A DNA stretch of 64,000 nucleotides from Azolla caroliniana (taxonomy: Eukaryota > Plantae > Polypodiophyta), in NCBI GenBank assembly GCA_043228905.1, contig JBHGNT010000006.1:1612001-1676000 (forward strand), given 5' to 3'. Under the pieces are notes generated by a model. The model was given only the letters and a program-made list of their open reading frames with translations, did not search any database and was not told the origin of the DNA. Both the position numbers and the translations under genes were made by a program. Positions 52,101-64,000 of this stretch are shown piece by piece. Positions within the stretch are counted from its first letter, which is position 1. Each line of letters starts with the position of its first letter.

Positions 52101-55100
52101 GGTACAGCCTAGTTTATTATTTGCAGATACTGGTTTACGTTCATAGCTGCCTGTAGCTATAGGAACCAGAATCAAAGAAAACAAGTTTCTTGAGTTTCCA
52201 AAACAGGGAATGAAAATGGAAACCCAAACTTGAGTTTTGCATGCGTAGCTAAAATACAAATAAACCATGTTCAGATTTAACTTGATTGCTAATCCATCTA
52301 GATTCTAAAATCTGATGCTAAAAGATTGAAAAGTAAATGACTCACTAATCAACTAGAAAAGGAAGACAGTAAAAGTAAAAAAAACATTAATAGCTGGATA
52401 GCATATAATATATCGTAATAAATCACAGTTAGAAGGAACAAAAAGGAAATTGTTTTGCATGACCGTCCTCTTGTCGTAGTTTACTTTACTGTTTCTTATC
52501 CATTTTCTTTTGTTTGGGGATGTACATACTTTCCCAAACTCTTAGATTTCAGTGACGAAGGTACCTATGTTCTATAATCGCATGTTTGCTGCTGATTGAA
52601 GTTCAGTGCAACACATGATGTTAAGAATTGTGTTTTTGGTCCATCAGGTCCTATTAGGTAACTTAGCTGACAGATGGCCAGCCATGCAACGATGGAACAT
52701 TGATTATTTCACGGAGAAATTTGGAAAATGTGTTTTCAAAGTTGGAGAGGACGATGATAAGAAACTCCTTATGTGTTTTGAAGACTATGCATTTTACATG
52801 AGGCATCAACATGATGAGAATCCACTTTACATTTTTGATGCAAAGGCAGGTAAACATGGAACTTTGAACTCCTTTTTGTGACTTTGTTGATCTGTGAGTG
52901 ACCATGCTTCTACAGTCCATACCATATATATAGATTGACATATTCACATGTAAATTTATTTGTTTTCTTTGGAAAAAAAATTGTGCAAGCGGGTGAACAG
53001 TGAGCAGCAACCGAGGAGTCTCACCCTGTTCCCTGTGTGTGCTTACACCCTCGCCTCCGTCTGCATCCTGTTCTCGGCCAGAAAATTAGGGTTTCGAGTG
53101 AACCCTAATTTCAGTTAAAATCCTAATTTCGACCATATTTCTTCTTTTTGGCCTGCATCCTCACCTTCCTCTCATGCTCCACGCTAATCCTACATCCTGT
53201 TCTTGGTTGCAAACTCGGGGTTTCACTGAAACCCTAAGTTTAGCTGAAACCCTAATTAATTAATTATTAATGGATTAATTGATTATTAATGTATAAATTA
53301 ATATTTTTCAATGAATTAAGTAATGTTTTAATGAATTAAGAAATTTATTAGTAAATTAATTAATGTATTAGTAGGTTAATTATTATGTTAATGAAGTAAT
53401 TAATTATTAATGTATTAGTAAATTAATTATTGTCTTAGTGATTTAATTAATGTGTTAATGAATCAAATTTTTAGTGAATTAAATAAATTTTATTATATAA
53501 ATTTAAAACGAATGGTTTTATAATATTCTTGAGGCAAATTTTCATTCTCGAATATTAAGAATTTCACGAACGCCGAATTTCATGAATATCACGCATGGGT
53601 CAATCTACGTATATACATATATGTATATATATGTATTCGTGATACAGAGACCAATATTGAACCATAGGACTAAAATATATTACATAGAACCTACAACCTC
53701 CACCTTATGGACCTCAAAGCTTACCATTTAGCCAATGTTCATGATATGCTACTTCTTGGAATGCTAGAAAATGATAAATATGAAAACATTGTGTGGGACT
53801 CTTTCGGATTTTTAGTTTCTTTTATTAAATCTACTTGCCTTTATGACCACTTTTGCAAGTAGAAATGTCCCTCCTGCAGATTCACATATGTTTTGTTTCT
53901 GGCTGTGATGAGCACACTAAAAATTGTGAATCAGATAGAAGGAATTCATTAAAATAACGTCTAGAAAACAATGGAGAAAGAAAACCTATAAAATCAAATT
54001 TGTTCGCATAGAATGTTTGTTCGTGTAAAACCAACATTGGCAATGCGGGGAAAAACATTTTTATTGTGCAAATTAATTATTTGGTTTGTAGTTTGGTGAA
54101 ATTGCTCCAAGTTTGATCGAAGACTATCAAGTGCCAGAATTTTTCAAAGAAGATCTGTTCAGCTTTATGGATGATTCGGAACGGCCTCCATTCAGGTGGT
54201 TAGTTATTGGTCCTCCTCGATCAGGTGCATCATGGCATGTTGATCCGGCTTTGACAAGTGCATGGAATACCTTGATTAGAGGTCGGAAGAGGTATTGGAA
54301 ATCTTATGATCTTGTTTAGGGAGATGTGTGTAGCTTCACGAGATGAGAAGATTTGGAATGATTTGCAGATGGGTTTTCTATCCTCCTGGGCATGTCCCTC
54401 CATCAGTTACTATACATGTTGATGAAGATGGAGATATGGCCACAGACAGCCCTTCATCCCTTCAGGTTTCTGCAACTACTATCAATGGCATATATTCTTT
54501 TAGATGACATGGTTTGATGATAACATGCTTTTCTCATTCCAACTTGTAGTGGTGGTTGGATGTATATCCTACCCTCAAAGAGGACGATAAACCGCTTGAG
54601 TGCATTCAGAATCCTGGTGAAACCATCTTTGTTCCAAGTGGGTGGTGGCACTGTGTTTTGAACCTTGAGACATCTGTGGCTGTAACACAAAACTTTGTGA
54701 ATTCCACAAATTTTGAGCTTGTATGCATTGACTTAACGCCTGGTTATCATCACAGAGGAGTTGCTCGTGCAGGAAAACTTGCTATGCATGAATATATGTT
54801 AGCTAATGTTGATTCTTCATTGGAGCCATCTGCTAATGGGAATGGGGATAAGATGACAACGAAGGGTTTCTATGAATCTGATTGGAGCTTTACAGTTGAA
54901 TTTTTATCTTCTCTTATTGATCATCACTCAAACTCTTCCGTGACTAAGTTAGTGAAAAGTGGTTATGTAAAGTCCCAGACATTACGCAAGTGGTTGAACA
55001 GGTTGTGGCTCATGCGGCCAGACTTGAGGCAGCTAATCTGGAAGGTCAGTTAATAAAGTCTTTCGTGACCTTCAATTATATTCAAGTCATCGAGAAGAAC

Positions 55101-56587
55101 CTGTATTGCAATTTATATTATCCATTAATTATCTTAAATGAAAGGGAAGACACTTAATGGTCTCTTTTGGAACCAAAGGGTGCTTGCATTGCATTTGATG
55201 CTGAAGGCTGGCTAGAACAAGTTGCCTCAATATGCAATTATCATAACCTTCCTCCACCAACAGATGAAGAGAAGTTACCTGTTGGAAATGGAAGTAATCC
55301 GGTAATCATCATTTGTATTTATTCGTAGATTTTAAAAACGAAGTCATTTTCCTTATTTTTAAATTGCACTTCAGGTGTTTCTTGTTGGACGCAATGCAAT
55401 CAAATTATATCTTGATGAAACAAGCCAAGATAGAGTTATCGATGGTTTATCATCCGAGGTATAACTTGTTTTTCTCATAATTCTAGTTTTGTAATGTAAA
55501 GAAATAGACCTAAGGTTTGATTCTTGTATGCACTGGAGTATGAGTTTCGTTGTGTGTGTGACAAATAAGCGAGGAGAGAGAGAGAGAGAGAGAGGGAGGG
55601 AGACAAATACCAAAATGTCAACATTTCATATTCCAAAAGGTTATACCTTTATTTGGGATAAGTTGCAAGAAATACTATCTTCATATGAGCCAATTCCTGA
55701 GTTAGATGGCGGATCTCAAGAGCTTGATTGAAGGTTTGTTGGAAATAAGAGATTGACTATGATCAAATGTTGCTTATCACAAGTTGATTGACAAACATAA
55801 GTTGTTGGAAGAAAGGGTTATAAAGATATGGGGTTTTCGTAATCCCATTACTTGGTGGTTTCATGTGATCAAAGCAAGTTGCTGTTCTCGATTGATGCTA
55901 CGAGCTAAGGTATTTATTTGGAGAGTTATGGTTGCAGCTTTACCATTGGGGAATGCATTAAAAAAAAGAAACATTACTAAAGGATTGTGTTTCTTTTGTT
56001 TGGTGGAATTGGAACATAGTAGGCATTGAGTTCTTTTATGCCCGATTGCAAGGATGGTTTGGAGGTGTATCAGTTTAGTGGGGATGTCTCTAATTGGACT
56101 AAGCCTATCTCCCCTAGTTGGGTTTTTGCACATATGGAGAACAAGGAACCAATGCCTCATTTCCAAATTATTTTTAAGTGCTTGAGGTATTGGGGGTTAT
56201 GGTTCAATTGGAATATGCGGAATGCCTTCACTTTTGATTCGCAAGTTGGGGTGAGAAAATATGTTGTAAAGTTAAAAGAACTTCTTTTGAGGCAGTTGAC
56301 AGTGCTAGAGAAGTCACGAAATCTCAACCATGAAGAGAGAGAGCTATGCAAGGTCACATATCATCATATTCGCCATTTGAATTGTTGTGTAGGGTGGCAT
56401 TGAGTTTGGAGTCGTGGGAGTATTTAGCTCCCTATAAAGGTTCTATACTTTGTAGTAAACTTATCGTGGAGGTGTTTTTTTTCCTTTCGTAGTGAAAGCC
56501 ATTTTTTACGGAAAAGGAGAGAGAGAGAGAGAGAGAGAAGAAAGATATATTAACGTCTTTTAAGAGGCCAAAATGGCCTATAAGACC

Positions 56588-56650
<63 letters not shown>

Positions 56651-59600
56651 ACACAACAAGAAGAGTTTGCATTAAGAAAAAGGGAGCTACAATAAGCCAA
56701 CATTAGAAAGTGTGATATAGAATATTCTGTCATTAAATGCATATGACATGTCAATTGCAATCATAGTAGGTAAAATTCATGTTCGTCTACTATATCATTC
56801 GTTTTCCTACGTTGGAAAACAAACACGAATGGTATTCAAATATTCGTGTTTTTTTTTTTCCTTTTTCTCCTTTTTTTACCTTTTTTTTGGGTTTTTTACC
56901 TCTTTTCCCCCCTTTTCCTCTGCACATCAACGCTACGCTCTGCTCTCCTCCCCTTTCCCCCCTTTTCCTTGAACGATCTGCTGCTTGCATCGTGCACACT
57001 AGTCAATTGTGAGTCAGTGACCACATCTTCTCCCGGCCATTACTTTTTGTAATTTTTCGCTAATTTCTGTAATTTTTTTGTAATTTCTGTAATTTTGTTG
57101 TAATTCCCTTTTTTTACCTTTTTTTTTGGTTTTTTACCTCTTTTCCCCCCTTTTCCTTGAACGATCTGCTGCTTGCATCGTGCACACTAGTTAATAGTGA
57201 GTCAGTGACCACATCTTCTCCTGGCCATTACTTTTTGTAATTTTTCACTAATGTCTGTAATTTTTTTGTAATTTCTGTAATTTCTATAATTTTTGTAATT
57301 TTTGTAATTTCTCTATAATTTCTGTAATTTCTGTAATTTCTGTAATTTTGTTGTAATTTCTGTTATTAAGAAGGTAATGTTTTTTTTTTTGCAATTTAAA
57401 AAAAAAAATTACCTTGAAATTTTTTTTACCTTCTAGTAAATAATTTATCCAAAAGTATAGTATTTATCATTCTTCGAGGGTGTTTACCCTTCTCGAATGA
57501 TTGAATCATTCTCGAACACGAATGCACGAATGGTACGCATGGTTCATACTATGATTGCAATATTTTGTTTTCAAAGAATGACTAGTTGTGGGCATTCAAT
57601 CCCCATGACCACTAAGCATGTCAACACACATTATTGTAGAAAATGCAGGGATCTGTCAAGATTCGAACTCTTGACATAACCATGTTGTAATCGAGTGTTA
57701 TGTGTTAACCACACATCTAGCATATAATCATGTATATACTTCCTCATTGTAGGTTTTAGCTAGCATCATGTGCATAATTTCTCCCTTGTATTATTAACAC
57801 TTGGCACATGCATGCGTACCTACTGCCTACATGCTCTATTGTATCACATGCGTGCAACAGGTATGCATGCCACTTAGTATAAATAGTTGAGTTCACCTTG
57901 AAGGAATTCAAGGTGAATAACGCCAGTCATGGACATATCAATCTAGTATTCTCGTTTCACCCATCTTCTCTCCTTAGTCTTCATCTCTATCTTTATGCTC
58001 TTGTGTCATTCCGCCATCGCTCCGTCGTAGCCTCATCACTCCGTCGTAGCCTCATCATCTGTGCTCCGTCTTAGTCCGCGCTTGGTGTGTCCGTGATAGG
58101 ATCTTAGATTAACTCTCACACAACAAGATCACTTAGAAGACTTAAGGAAATATCAGTAGATTAGGGAAAATGAGCACTGCTTACAAAGATATAGAATGGT
58201 TTATATAACCAGTTTCTATAGGTAGGTGGAAACCCAACTAACAATTGGCAACGGTTTGGTTTGGTGAACTGGTTTGGAATCGAATTGTTTAAATTTTTTG
58301 AAACTTGAACCAAATCGAACCGAACCACGAAACCATTAAACTGAACCGTTAAACATTTTTCAAACCGTAAAAACCACGGTTTCGGTTTTTCAACATAGGT
58401 CAAATTTTAAATTTATTAAATTTATAATATTTCATTATTTTAATTTTTTTTTAAATTTTATTTTTCCTAAATTGTAAGAATAAGGTCTAAAAATAAAAAG
58501 ATTGTTTAAAAACAAATTTTAAAATTTTTTTAAAATAAAATAAATAATGAAAAATAAAAAACCATTTAACCCATGGTTTTTGACTGTTGAAACCAAACCG
58601 TTTTTTAAAACCTAAACCTGAACCGAACCGAACAGTTAAAACCGTTAAGCCGCGGGTTCGTGTTTTGGTTCGGTTCAAACCGAACCGTTGCCGATTGTTA
58701 AACCCAACGGCCACTTTATTAGGTTCACACTATTATAACTATATTCACATCTAACAACTACTTAACTAGGTTCATACTAATTCTAAGTATGTTCACACCC
58801 AACAATTACTTAACTAGGTTCACACTATTATAACTATGTTCACACCAAAGCTTTCGTAGGATACACATTAAGTGTAACAATTATACATGTTGAGCTTCTT
58901 TCTCGACACCCTCCCCTAAGAATGACTTGTATTGGGCCTTTAATGCTCATGGCCGACTAAGCACGTGTTCACACACTATGCCTAATGGGTCTATTTTGAT
59001 GTTGTAGTGTCATATTTCTCCTCAATGATTTGTTGGAGATCTTTCAAAGGAAAAATCTGTTTAGAATATGCATACTTATATGTTCTTACGATGACCTTGC
59101 AGTTGCAATTTTATTCCGAGTTACAGAAGTCAGAAACGCCTTTGAAACATGCAATTCCAAGTATTCTTGCCAGTGGTGTCATTTATTATGGAGCTGGAGT
59201 ATACAAAGTTGTTGAATGGGATGGAAGGAATGATCCAAAAAAGAAGCTTCAGAAGATCCACAAAAAGCAAAGTACCTCATTTGGGGACTTCCACCGAGCA
59301 AGATGGAACCAGGCAGCCATAAATCCATCATATTTAAATTCCTGTGAAGATGATTATCTTGAACCTGATTGTGAGAATCCATGCTACCCATATATTATTA
59401 CTTCTCGATATGATGACAAAGAATTTTGTTACATGTGAGATACTTTCCATGGTTTCTGGAAAATTATTATAGAAACTTGATCGATGGACTAACAGAACAT
59501 GTTTTTCAGGCGTAAATCAATGAACGAGAGAGACATTTTAGACGTCAGCAGCTTTCTGGGAGAGCAGATAAAAAATCTACATTGTCTGCCAATTCCTCGA

Positions 59601-62600
59601 GTGTATTCTGTTGTAAATGGAAAAAGTCAACCAGAGATAGTACCCTCTGATAATCACAATAAACCATGGGCCTTTAAAGTTATGGGTGAATGGTCATTAT
59701 TCATTGGCATGATGAGAAGGCAACAACGAGACATCATTGCAGAGCTGGAGGAATGGTAATCTGTCCTTGTAGTGTTGCTGGTGTTTATTATTTTATCTGG
59801 TGATGAATAAACTGAATTGAAACTTTGCCTGTGAATCATAGGGAAATTATCCCTAACCATTTGGTTAAACAAGTAGAGGATTATCTTCCAGCTGATCCTG
59901 TAATGTTGGTAGGTAGTGATATGATAACTTTCAATGTCTTTCTCTCGTTACGGATCTAATCAAATTGAGGTTTTGCTTATTCAATTTGAGTGACACCATT
60001 TTTAGGTGGATATAAAGACAACAAAACCTGTTTGGCTTCACATGGATGTAAATGATGAAAATATACTGGTAAAGTCAAGTAAATCAAATGGATCAGACGA
60101 GATTGATCATCATATACCAAATGTTGAGAATATTGGAAAAATAGAAGGATGTTGCATCCTAGACTTTGGAGATGTTTGTCTTGGTGAGCATATTGCATGC
60201 ATCTAATTTTTCTTACTGTCCAAGTATGTAAGCTTTACCAGATTATAATAAATTTTCTATTTATTGTAGGTGATCCACTGTATGAAATGCTGCCAATTTT
60301 TCTAGATGTCTTCCGAGGTGATGTTCACTTTATGAATCAGTTCCTAGCAAGTTATAACCTCCCACTAACATCAAAATCCAATGAACTATCAACAACTTTG
60401 GGACAACCAGCAAATCCTGAAACAGCAGTAAACAAGCTTTCGTATCGAGCAATGTAATACTTTTTTTATTGCATGTTATGCATTAACGTTGATTAAAACA
60501 AACGGTCTGAATTCATTTTCTGATTATTGTATGGTTCTCTGAAATTTGAAATTCTGTTTCAAAGGAATATACACACAAAAGGGATGTGGAGACAGGCTAG
60601 AGGAATATCGCTGGCCTGTACATCCAAGATATCTTAATGATAACATCTCATTAAATCTACCTAAGTGTATTGTCGAGATAATGCTGCTATCAAAGTAACT
60701 TGCAATAGGGGGATATGGGACCATGTTCCATCGTCTTAATGAATTAATTACTTAAGCTCCTCAACTCTAAGAATTGCTTCAATGTTCAACCTGACTAAGG
60801 CTTATTTCACATTATGGTTGGAGGGCAAAAACGTTTCATGGTGAACCAGAAGTTAGTAGCAGCAGAAAACAAAAACTAAGCAACAGACCAGTAGAAAATA
60901 AACAAGGCTTTCTTCAGTCTATAGACCCTACTTTGCTGACCTAAGATGAGGGGCTGCCCCATATAGAATTCTTACATTAAGTCACCATTCATAAAGACAA
61001 ACTTGACGTCCATTTGGGAAGTACTCAAACTATAGTGGGCAGAAAATTGTTGGCCACACCGGATAGAAGCATATTCTGCTGTTCAAGAAAATGCCTCCTC
61101 ATAGTCCACTCCAGCCAGTTGGGAGCAAATTGTAGTTGGGACGTGGGACCAATTACCATGCATGATTCCTCTTAATGGAATCAAGTCTTCCTCTGTAGTT
61201 GCATTTCATGGAGCAAGACCAAGTGCTTCTAGTAGGCTCATGTGTTTGTGGGACGTTATACAATCAGGCAAAGTTGCATGTATTATGAGGTTGTTGGGAT
61301 TTACAAGGTGTTGATGAGGTGGCTGCATGTTGTTGAATATTAACATCAGAAAGATGTGTATCATGAAGGATTTGTTTTAGACATCACGGAAGTTGTGTGG
61401 AGGGCTAGGTTTTGATGGTTTCGAATGCATCTATTGGCGTTCATCATTTCTCAACTTCCAAAGCGTCTAACCCAGATGGCTAACCCAGATGGAACCAACT
61501 ATCTAGATTAGGAAAAAAACACCGATGATGATGACCTTGTTGCAATACATTGTTTGTATAACATTGTTAAAGGGATTTAGCCACTTCTTAAGGCTTCTTT
61601 TATTGTTTCACCTTTGACTCTTGATTGGACAAAGATGGTTGTGTGCATGGTTTCATGCCCTTCATGCTCTGAAACATGAGGCTTGGAACTTCATGTTGGA
61701 GAGCATGAGCACAAACAATCATTTTTAATAAGCTAAAAATCAATTGCAGCTTGCGCGGGTGCTAAGAATGCAACAATGGAAGTAGACTTATGATTGGGCT
61801 CAGTCCCTTCAGCAATATACCGCAAACCTTAGTATTGCAGCAAGGTCACCATTTACTAGAACAGACTTTTTAAGAATTTGAGGAATCGTGGTATTGAGGG
61901 CCTTAGAATCCCTCCCATGCTGTGAATTAGATTGTTGTGTTCCCAATATCGTTGTTTGGAGGGATAGAAATGGGTAAAAAAAAAGAATCACAGATATTGG
62001 CTGCCCAAAGAAAACAAAGTTTGATGGGAGAAAGAAACAAATAGACGTATGCAGACATCACAACTGTGATACCACTTGAGAAAAATGTTACGAACAGAAG
62101 TTATATGCCAAAAAGGCTGGCAGTAGCAGAAAATAAACAATTTCTTAGTGAGGCTCAAAGCCTTTCAATACAAAAATGATAGTGGCGTTTTAACATATGC
62201 ATTTATGGAAATAATACTGTGCAGTGTCAGGTCCAGAAAATCAGATGAATAAATGCTGGAATAAAGCAAATCTAGACTGTAGAAGGAGATACTATAGTCC
62301 TAGGGCTGTCACCTACAAATAGTTAGATCTCGTGGTTCTATGATAAATAGAATAACTTGTGTTAGGATGCCACATTGAATCTATCTTTGACACTATTCAG
62401 TTAGTGATGACGCCGATTTAACCCAGTTTTCTCTCTTGACAGATATAATGTACTAGATTGGTACTAATGATTAGTACATTTTAGCAGGTGCTACTCGATC
62501 TTGCATGAGGACAATGCACTTGGTGCCATTTTCAGCATCTGGAAAGAATTGAAGACAGCAAGATCATGGAAAGAAATAGAACAAAGAGTGTGGGGCTTCT

Positions 62601-62635
62601 TAGAAGAGTATGAGAATTCTACTTCACATGTCTGA
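43188..62635 (+). CDS. JMJ21: F-box + JmjC (JMJD6-like) + C-terminal phosphotransferase-like protein, At1g78280/JMJ21-like, 16 exons
   Basis: Exons 43188-43315, 49670-49780, 51452-51510, 51581-51723, 52648-52845, 54092-54291, 54369-54465, 54550-55044, 55179-55301, 55375-55458, 59103-59434, 59510-59755, 59842-59908, 60006-60183, 60270-60453, 62488-62635. F-box [36 protein letters not shown]. JmjC Fe ligands WHVD and GWWH. APH-like [12 protein letters not shown] and LDFGD. Confidence 0.88.
43640..43890. repeat. Imperfect ~65-70 bp tandem repeat (about 4 units) in JmjC intron 1
   Basis: TATATTT(T)GATG(A/G)AA...TTGA(T/G)ACA/TGT...AAA.TATAAAG(A/C)TTTCACATA recurs; the copia element inserted at the last unit. 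Confidence 0.6.
43896..44528 (-). repeat. 3' LTR of the copia element
   Basis: By-eye comparison shows identity to 48719-49351 except T at 44031 vs C at 48854. Confidence 0.97.
44523..48617 (-). CDS. Copia Gag-Pol polyprotein (1364 aa)
   Basis: [11 protein letters not shown] gag, [14 protein letters not shown] zinc knuckle, WILDSGAS protease, HHCC and DDE integrase ([22 protein letters not shown]), [14 protein letters not shown] RNase H. Integrase precedes RT. Confidence 0.97.
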   Translation of the reverse strand: MALSTNVAAAPLRIRPPPLSDGKLDGTNYTLWKFKMSAILDSYELLETIMGPTGGDPEPMATFDPAHPTTSIPPNADLLRAWKRRNADALCTIVTGVCDSVLTLVQHTTRAHEAWSILASQYETRNYPRILNLENQLAAEKLADGEKVESFVKRIKDLQDQLAAVGVVVSQEDMAHRCIRVLPFKYDGIVTALNTQVRPTPLKFDELSAMLLEEELRLKTREEREDSAFVSRTKGEGASNSNNANRIPKKKKFNGSCFYCDKKGHTIKDCRKKMADEKNGSNKTSWREPESANNVVDELELWVATEEVCSSVDTQVVDESWILDSGASRHMTSNRDWYSSWTPLQEPINVVVGNNARCPAKGTGTVSLKATTGGTKHLSQVLYVPDLKKNLLSISALTDKGLDVRFKKSGAEITDSAGKVVGIGVRRNNLYELSAFTISTDHSTSTNTKQWHERFGHLNVAVLKEMKKSNMVVGLPTLSDLSHVCDACMMGKHQRSAIPKESQNRAKTPLQLIHIDLSGKLVTPAMGGSLYYMLIVDDFSRKMWVYFLREKAEAFKIFKRWHKFVERESGKLVKELRSDRGGEFLSIEFCEYCKEHGIKRQLTTAYTPQQNGVVERRNRTVVEMARCMLKAQALPDPFWAEAVNTAVYILNRSYTKALQGKTPQEAYSGKKPSVLHFRTFGCMCYAHIPDVSRKKLDAKSKKCIFLGYSEESKAYRLYDPEARKILTSRDVVFDEEQPQLAENNDSQVISSTEEVFYPIPTHYPKKEAEPSDGNGSLVQPMPVPHVKKIPKWAQQLFNDHTPKVEFPETSTDGLRRSRRIQEQGRTSDHIVNMALMVDIIGSVSEPTSVEEAMADPKWKEAMISEYDSIMKNDTWELVERPTKKKVIGTKWVWKVKYKADGSLEKFKARLVAQGYSQIEGFDVQETFAPTARMTTIQMVIALAASRGWPIYQMDVKSAFLNGHLKEEVYVTQPPGFEIPNSENKVCKLKKALYGLKQAPRAWNKRIDSFLRSIDFKQCASDASMYVKMKDGKQVIIIIYVDDLVLTGDHEECIGQTQECLKTEFEMTDLGILHYFLGIEVWQTSVGIFMSQRKYATEILKTFGMMDSKSKSTPMESNCKLSQEDSSPMVDIRKYRQLVGSLIFLCNTRPDICFAVNVVSRFSNKPKETHWKAALRVLKYIVGTLNYGIFYKPTIDQLSGYCDSDWAGDSDSRKSVSGYCFSIGSGAVSWSSKKQPTVALSSTEAEYKAACIATCEVVWLRRILMDVAVPIRTATVLRCDNQSCMAIAKNPVFHARTKHIEIQYHYVRELINDEIVELEYCPTSENAADIFTKALGAEQLQQPLRRLGVGPIPSEFNGLIIEGAC
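48719..49351 (-). repeat. 5' LTR of the copia element
   Basis: Directly abuts the PBS; starts TGTTAGA and ends TCTAATA on the minus strand. Confidence 0.97.
50110..50460. repeat. ~180-bp imperfect tandem duplication in JmjC intron 2
   Basis: ATGGCAGC.ATGG.T.GGATGTTTGT.CGACTTATGTT..TAGG.AGTATTGT.TCTATT.GATCCCTT.GGGTTTGTTTC occurs twice. Confidence 0.8.
52931..53607. mobile_element. Putative non-autonomous hAT-type element (MITE)
   Basis: TIR TAGATTGAC / GTCAATCTA. 8-bp TSD CATATATA / CGTATATA (7/8 match). Internal AAACCCTAA motifs and a very AT-rich core. Confidence 0.6.
55604..56516 (+). mobile_element. Second 5'-truncated copy of the L1/Tx1-like LINE family, within (GA)n
   Basis: [34 protein letters not shown] and [14 protein letters not shown] are homologous to 7230-7860. 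Flanked by (GA)n at 55571-55603 and 56517-56538. Confidence 0.88.
56539..56592 (-). mobile_element. ~55-bp LINE 3' tail embedded between two (GA)n tracts
   Basis: Reverse complement TATTTGGTCTTATAGGCCATTTTGGCCTCTTAAAAGACGTTAATATATCTTTC is nearly identical to 36267-36320. Confidence 0.8.
56762..57553. mobile_element. Putative non-autonomous hAT-type element with internal tandem duplication
   Basis: Short TIR CATAGTA / TACTATG. 8-bp TSD ATTGCAAT on both sides (56754-61, 57554-61). Subterminal ATTCG/CGAAT motifs. A ~200-bp internal duplication and (TAATTTCTG)n. Confidence 0.65.
57654..58125 (+). mobile_element. Possible solo LTR
   Basis: TG..CA ends, flanks GGATC / AGATC (4/5 match), internal TATA-like GTATAAATAG at ~57877 followed by a TTCACCTTG/CAAGGTGAA hairpin. 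Confidence 0.45.
58239..58700. mobile_element. hAT-type MITE (462 bp)
   Basis: 25-bp TIR TAACAAT(T/C)GGCAACGGTT(T/C)GGTTTG. Perfect 8-bp TSD AACCCAAC (58231-38, 58701-08). Many AACCG subterminal repeats. Confidence 0.92.
58720..58846. repeat. ~48-bp tandem repeat, about 2.5 units
   Basis: AGGTTCACACTATTATAACTAT(A/G)TTCACA..(T/C)AACAA.TACTTAACT is repeated. Confidence 0.75.
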
Positions 62636-64000
62636 TTGTTTATCTATATGGATGGTATCGTTAGCTTCTTGTGGGTAATCACGCCATCTTTTGTATTGTA
62701 TTCATTTATTGGATGGTATTCATTTATTCAGCTAAAACAACTATTTAAATGGCTAGATTGCTTCTTGTGAATAGGTGCTGAGCACAATATTGTCCCTGCA
62801 AACAATTCCAAAGTAAATGATCAATAATCATTTCCTTGTAATCATTTCCCTTTTGGTGTTTCAAAAGTACAATGACAGTCAATACAGGCTTTTAAAAGAT
62901 TATTACATCAGAATAAATAAAAATATTGCAACAAAAATAAAAACTCGAGTTTTCATAAAGGTCCTAAGTTTTCTTTAGCGTGACATTCAAGTCATTTGAC
63001 ATCACCCCATGTTAATATGTCATCATGGCTGTCACACTGAACATTTAAAAGCAAGTGATATTTATCCTCGACAAGCCCTTGCATACCTAGCTTGTGTGAT
63101 CAAGTGATATTTGACATATTTTGATGCCATTATCCAGCTTCAATACCTAGCTTGTGTGATCAAGTGCAAATGAGTGAGGGCTCTGAAAGAGTTAATACTC
63201 ATGTTGGTAATGAGGTGAGGTTGAACATGATCAATTGGCATTCTTGCCTTCTATTGAACCCAACATTCGGGGTTGATGTTTGAAATGTAATATTCTGATT
63301 TTGGCCTAATGTCTTCACATTTCTTCCTTATTGGTTGGTTCCATTAACATTTTTTGAATAACTACATATTTCATAGTATCACTTGAAAGCTCTAAGAGAC
63401 CTTCCGCACCCCATCTTTTGAAATATTTTGTGATATAAACTACCCAAGTAGATGAGAGAATTTCTCTCTTGTGATTCCGTTTTAGTTTATATTCCACATT
63501 CAAGCACATGTAGTAATCTCTGATTTTCTCTCTTGTGATTCATTTTTAGTTTATATCCAACATTTCAAGCAAATGTAGGAATCCATGGGTATCACTTTGA
63601 TTCAGGCTAACATATAATAAGTTTTCCAACCAACTTGATGCTTAGACTTAAAAGCATAAACTAGATTTATTTGAGGCAGGTTCATTAATAACTGATATAC
63701 TACGCTTTTCACACATAGGGTATTAGTCAGGTTGGACAGTTTGCATTTATGTCATTTTTGTTTTATCCACATTCATAATTAGTCCACTACTTTGGCGAAA
63801 TGCTTTTAATTGCTCCAAGTAAACGTTGAATATCATCAACATTATATGAAAAGGGAACCACATCATCCGCATTTAAAAGCAATAAGATAACATGTAAGTT
63901 TTGGAGCATCTATTTCTTCTTCTCTTGCAACTTTATTCACCACTTCTTCCAATTTTGGTGATAGTGGACATTCTTACTAACCCCATGTTACTTAAAAAAA

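Noticed and set aside
53080-53260. AAACCCTAA / TTAGGGTTT telomere-like motifs
   Set aside because: Isolated telo-box-like copies inside a putative MITE, not a tandem telomeric array.
63070-63580. Short direct duplications (ATACCTAGCTTGTGTGATCAAGTG twice; TTCTCTCTTGTGATTC... twice)
   Set aside because: Ordinary local duplications with no termini or coding evidence.

Overview
AT-rich eukaryotic DNA from a land plant; the gene set and TE content suggest a seed-free plant such as a fern (inference only). It holds four spliced host genes: site-1 protease SBT6.1 (-), the uridylyltransferase URT1 (+), ESCRT-III VPS20 (+), and an F-box/JmjC/phosphotransferase-like gene resembling At1g78280/JMJ21 (+). 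There is also an intronless, GC-rich, secreted GH105 (YteR-like) glycoside hydrolase of bacterial character. Transposable elements include an intact, very young Ty1/copia with non-canonical TG..TA LTRs inside intron 1 of the JmjC gene and several non-autonomous hAT-type elements with 8-bp TSDs. Decayed LINEs are also present: two 5'-truncated copies of an L1/Tx1-like family each lie inside a (GA)n microsatellite, and a second family ends in a hairpin plus a (CT)n tail. Exon boundaries were read by eye from GT/AG signals and remembered homolog motifs; no database searches were run.
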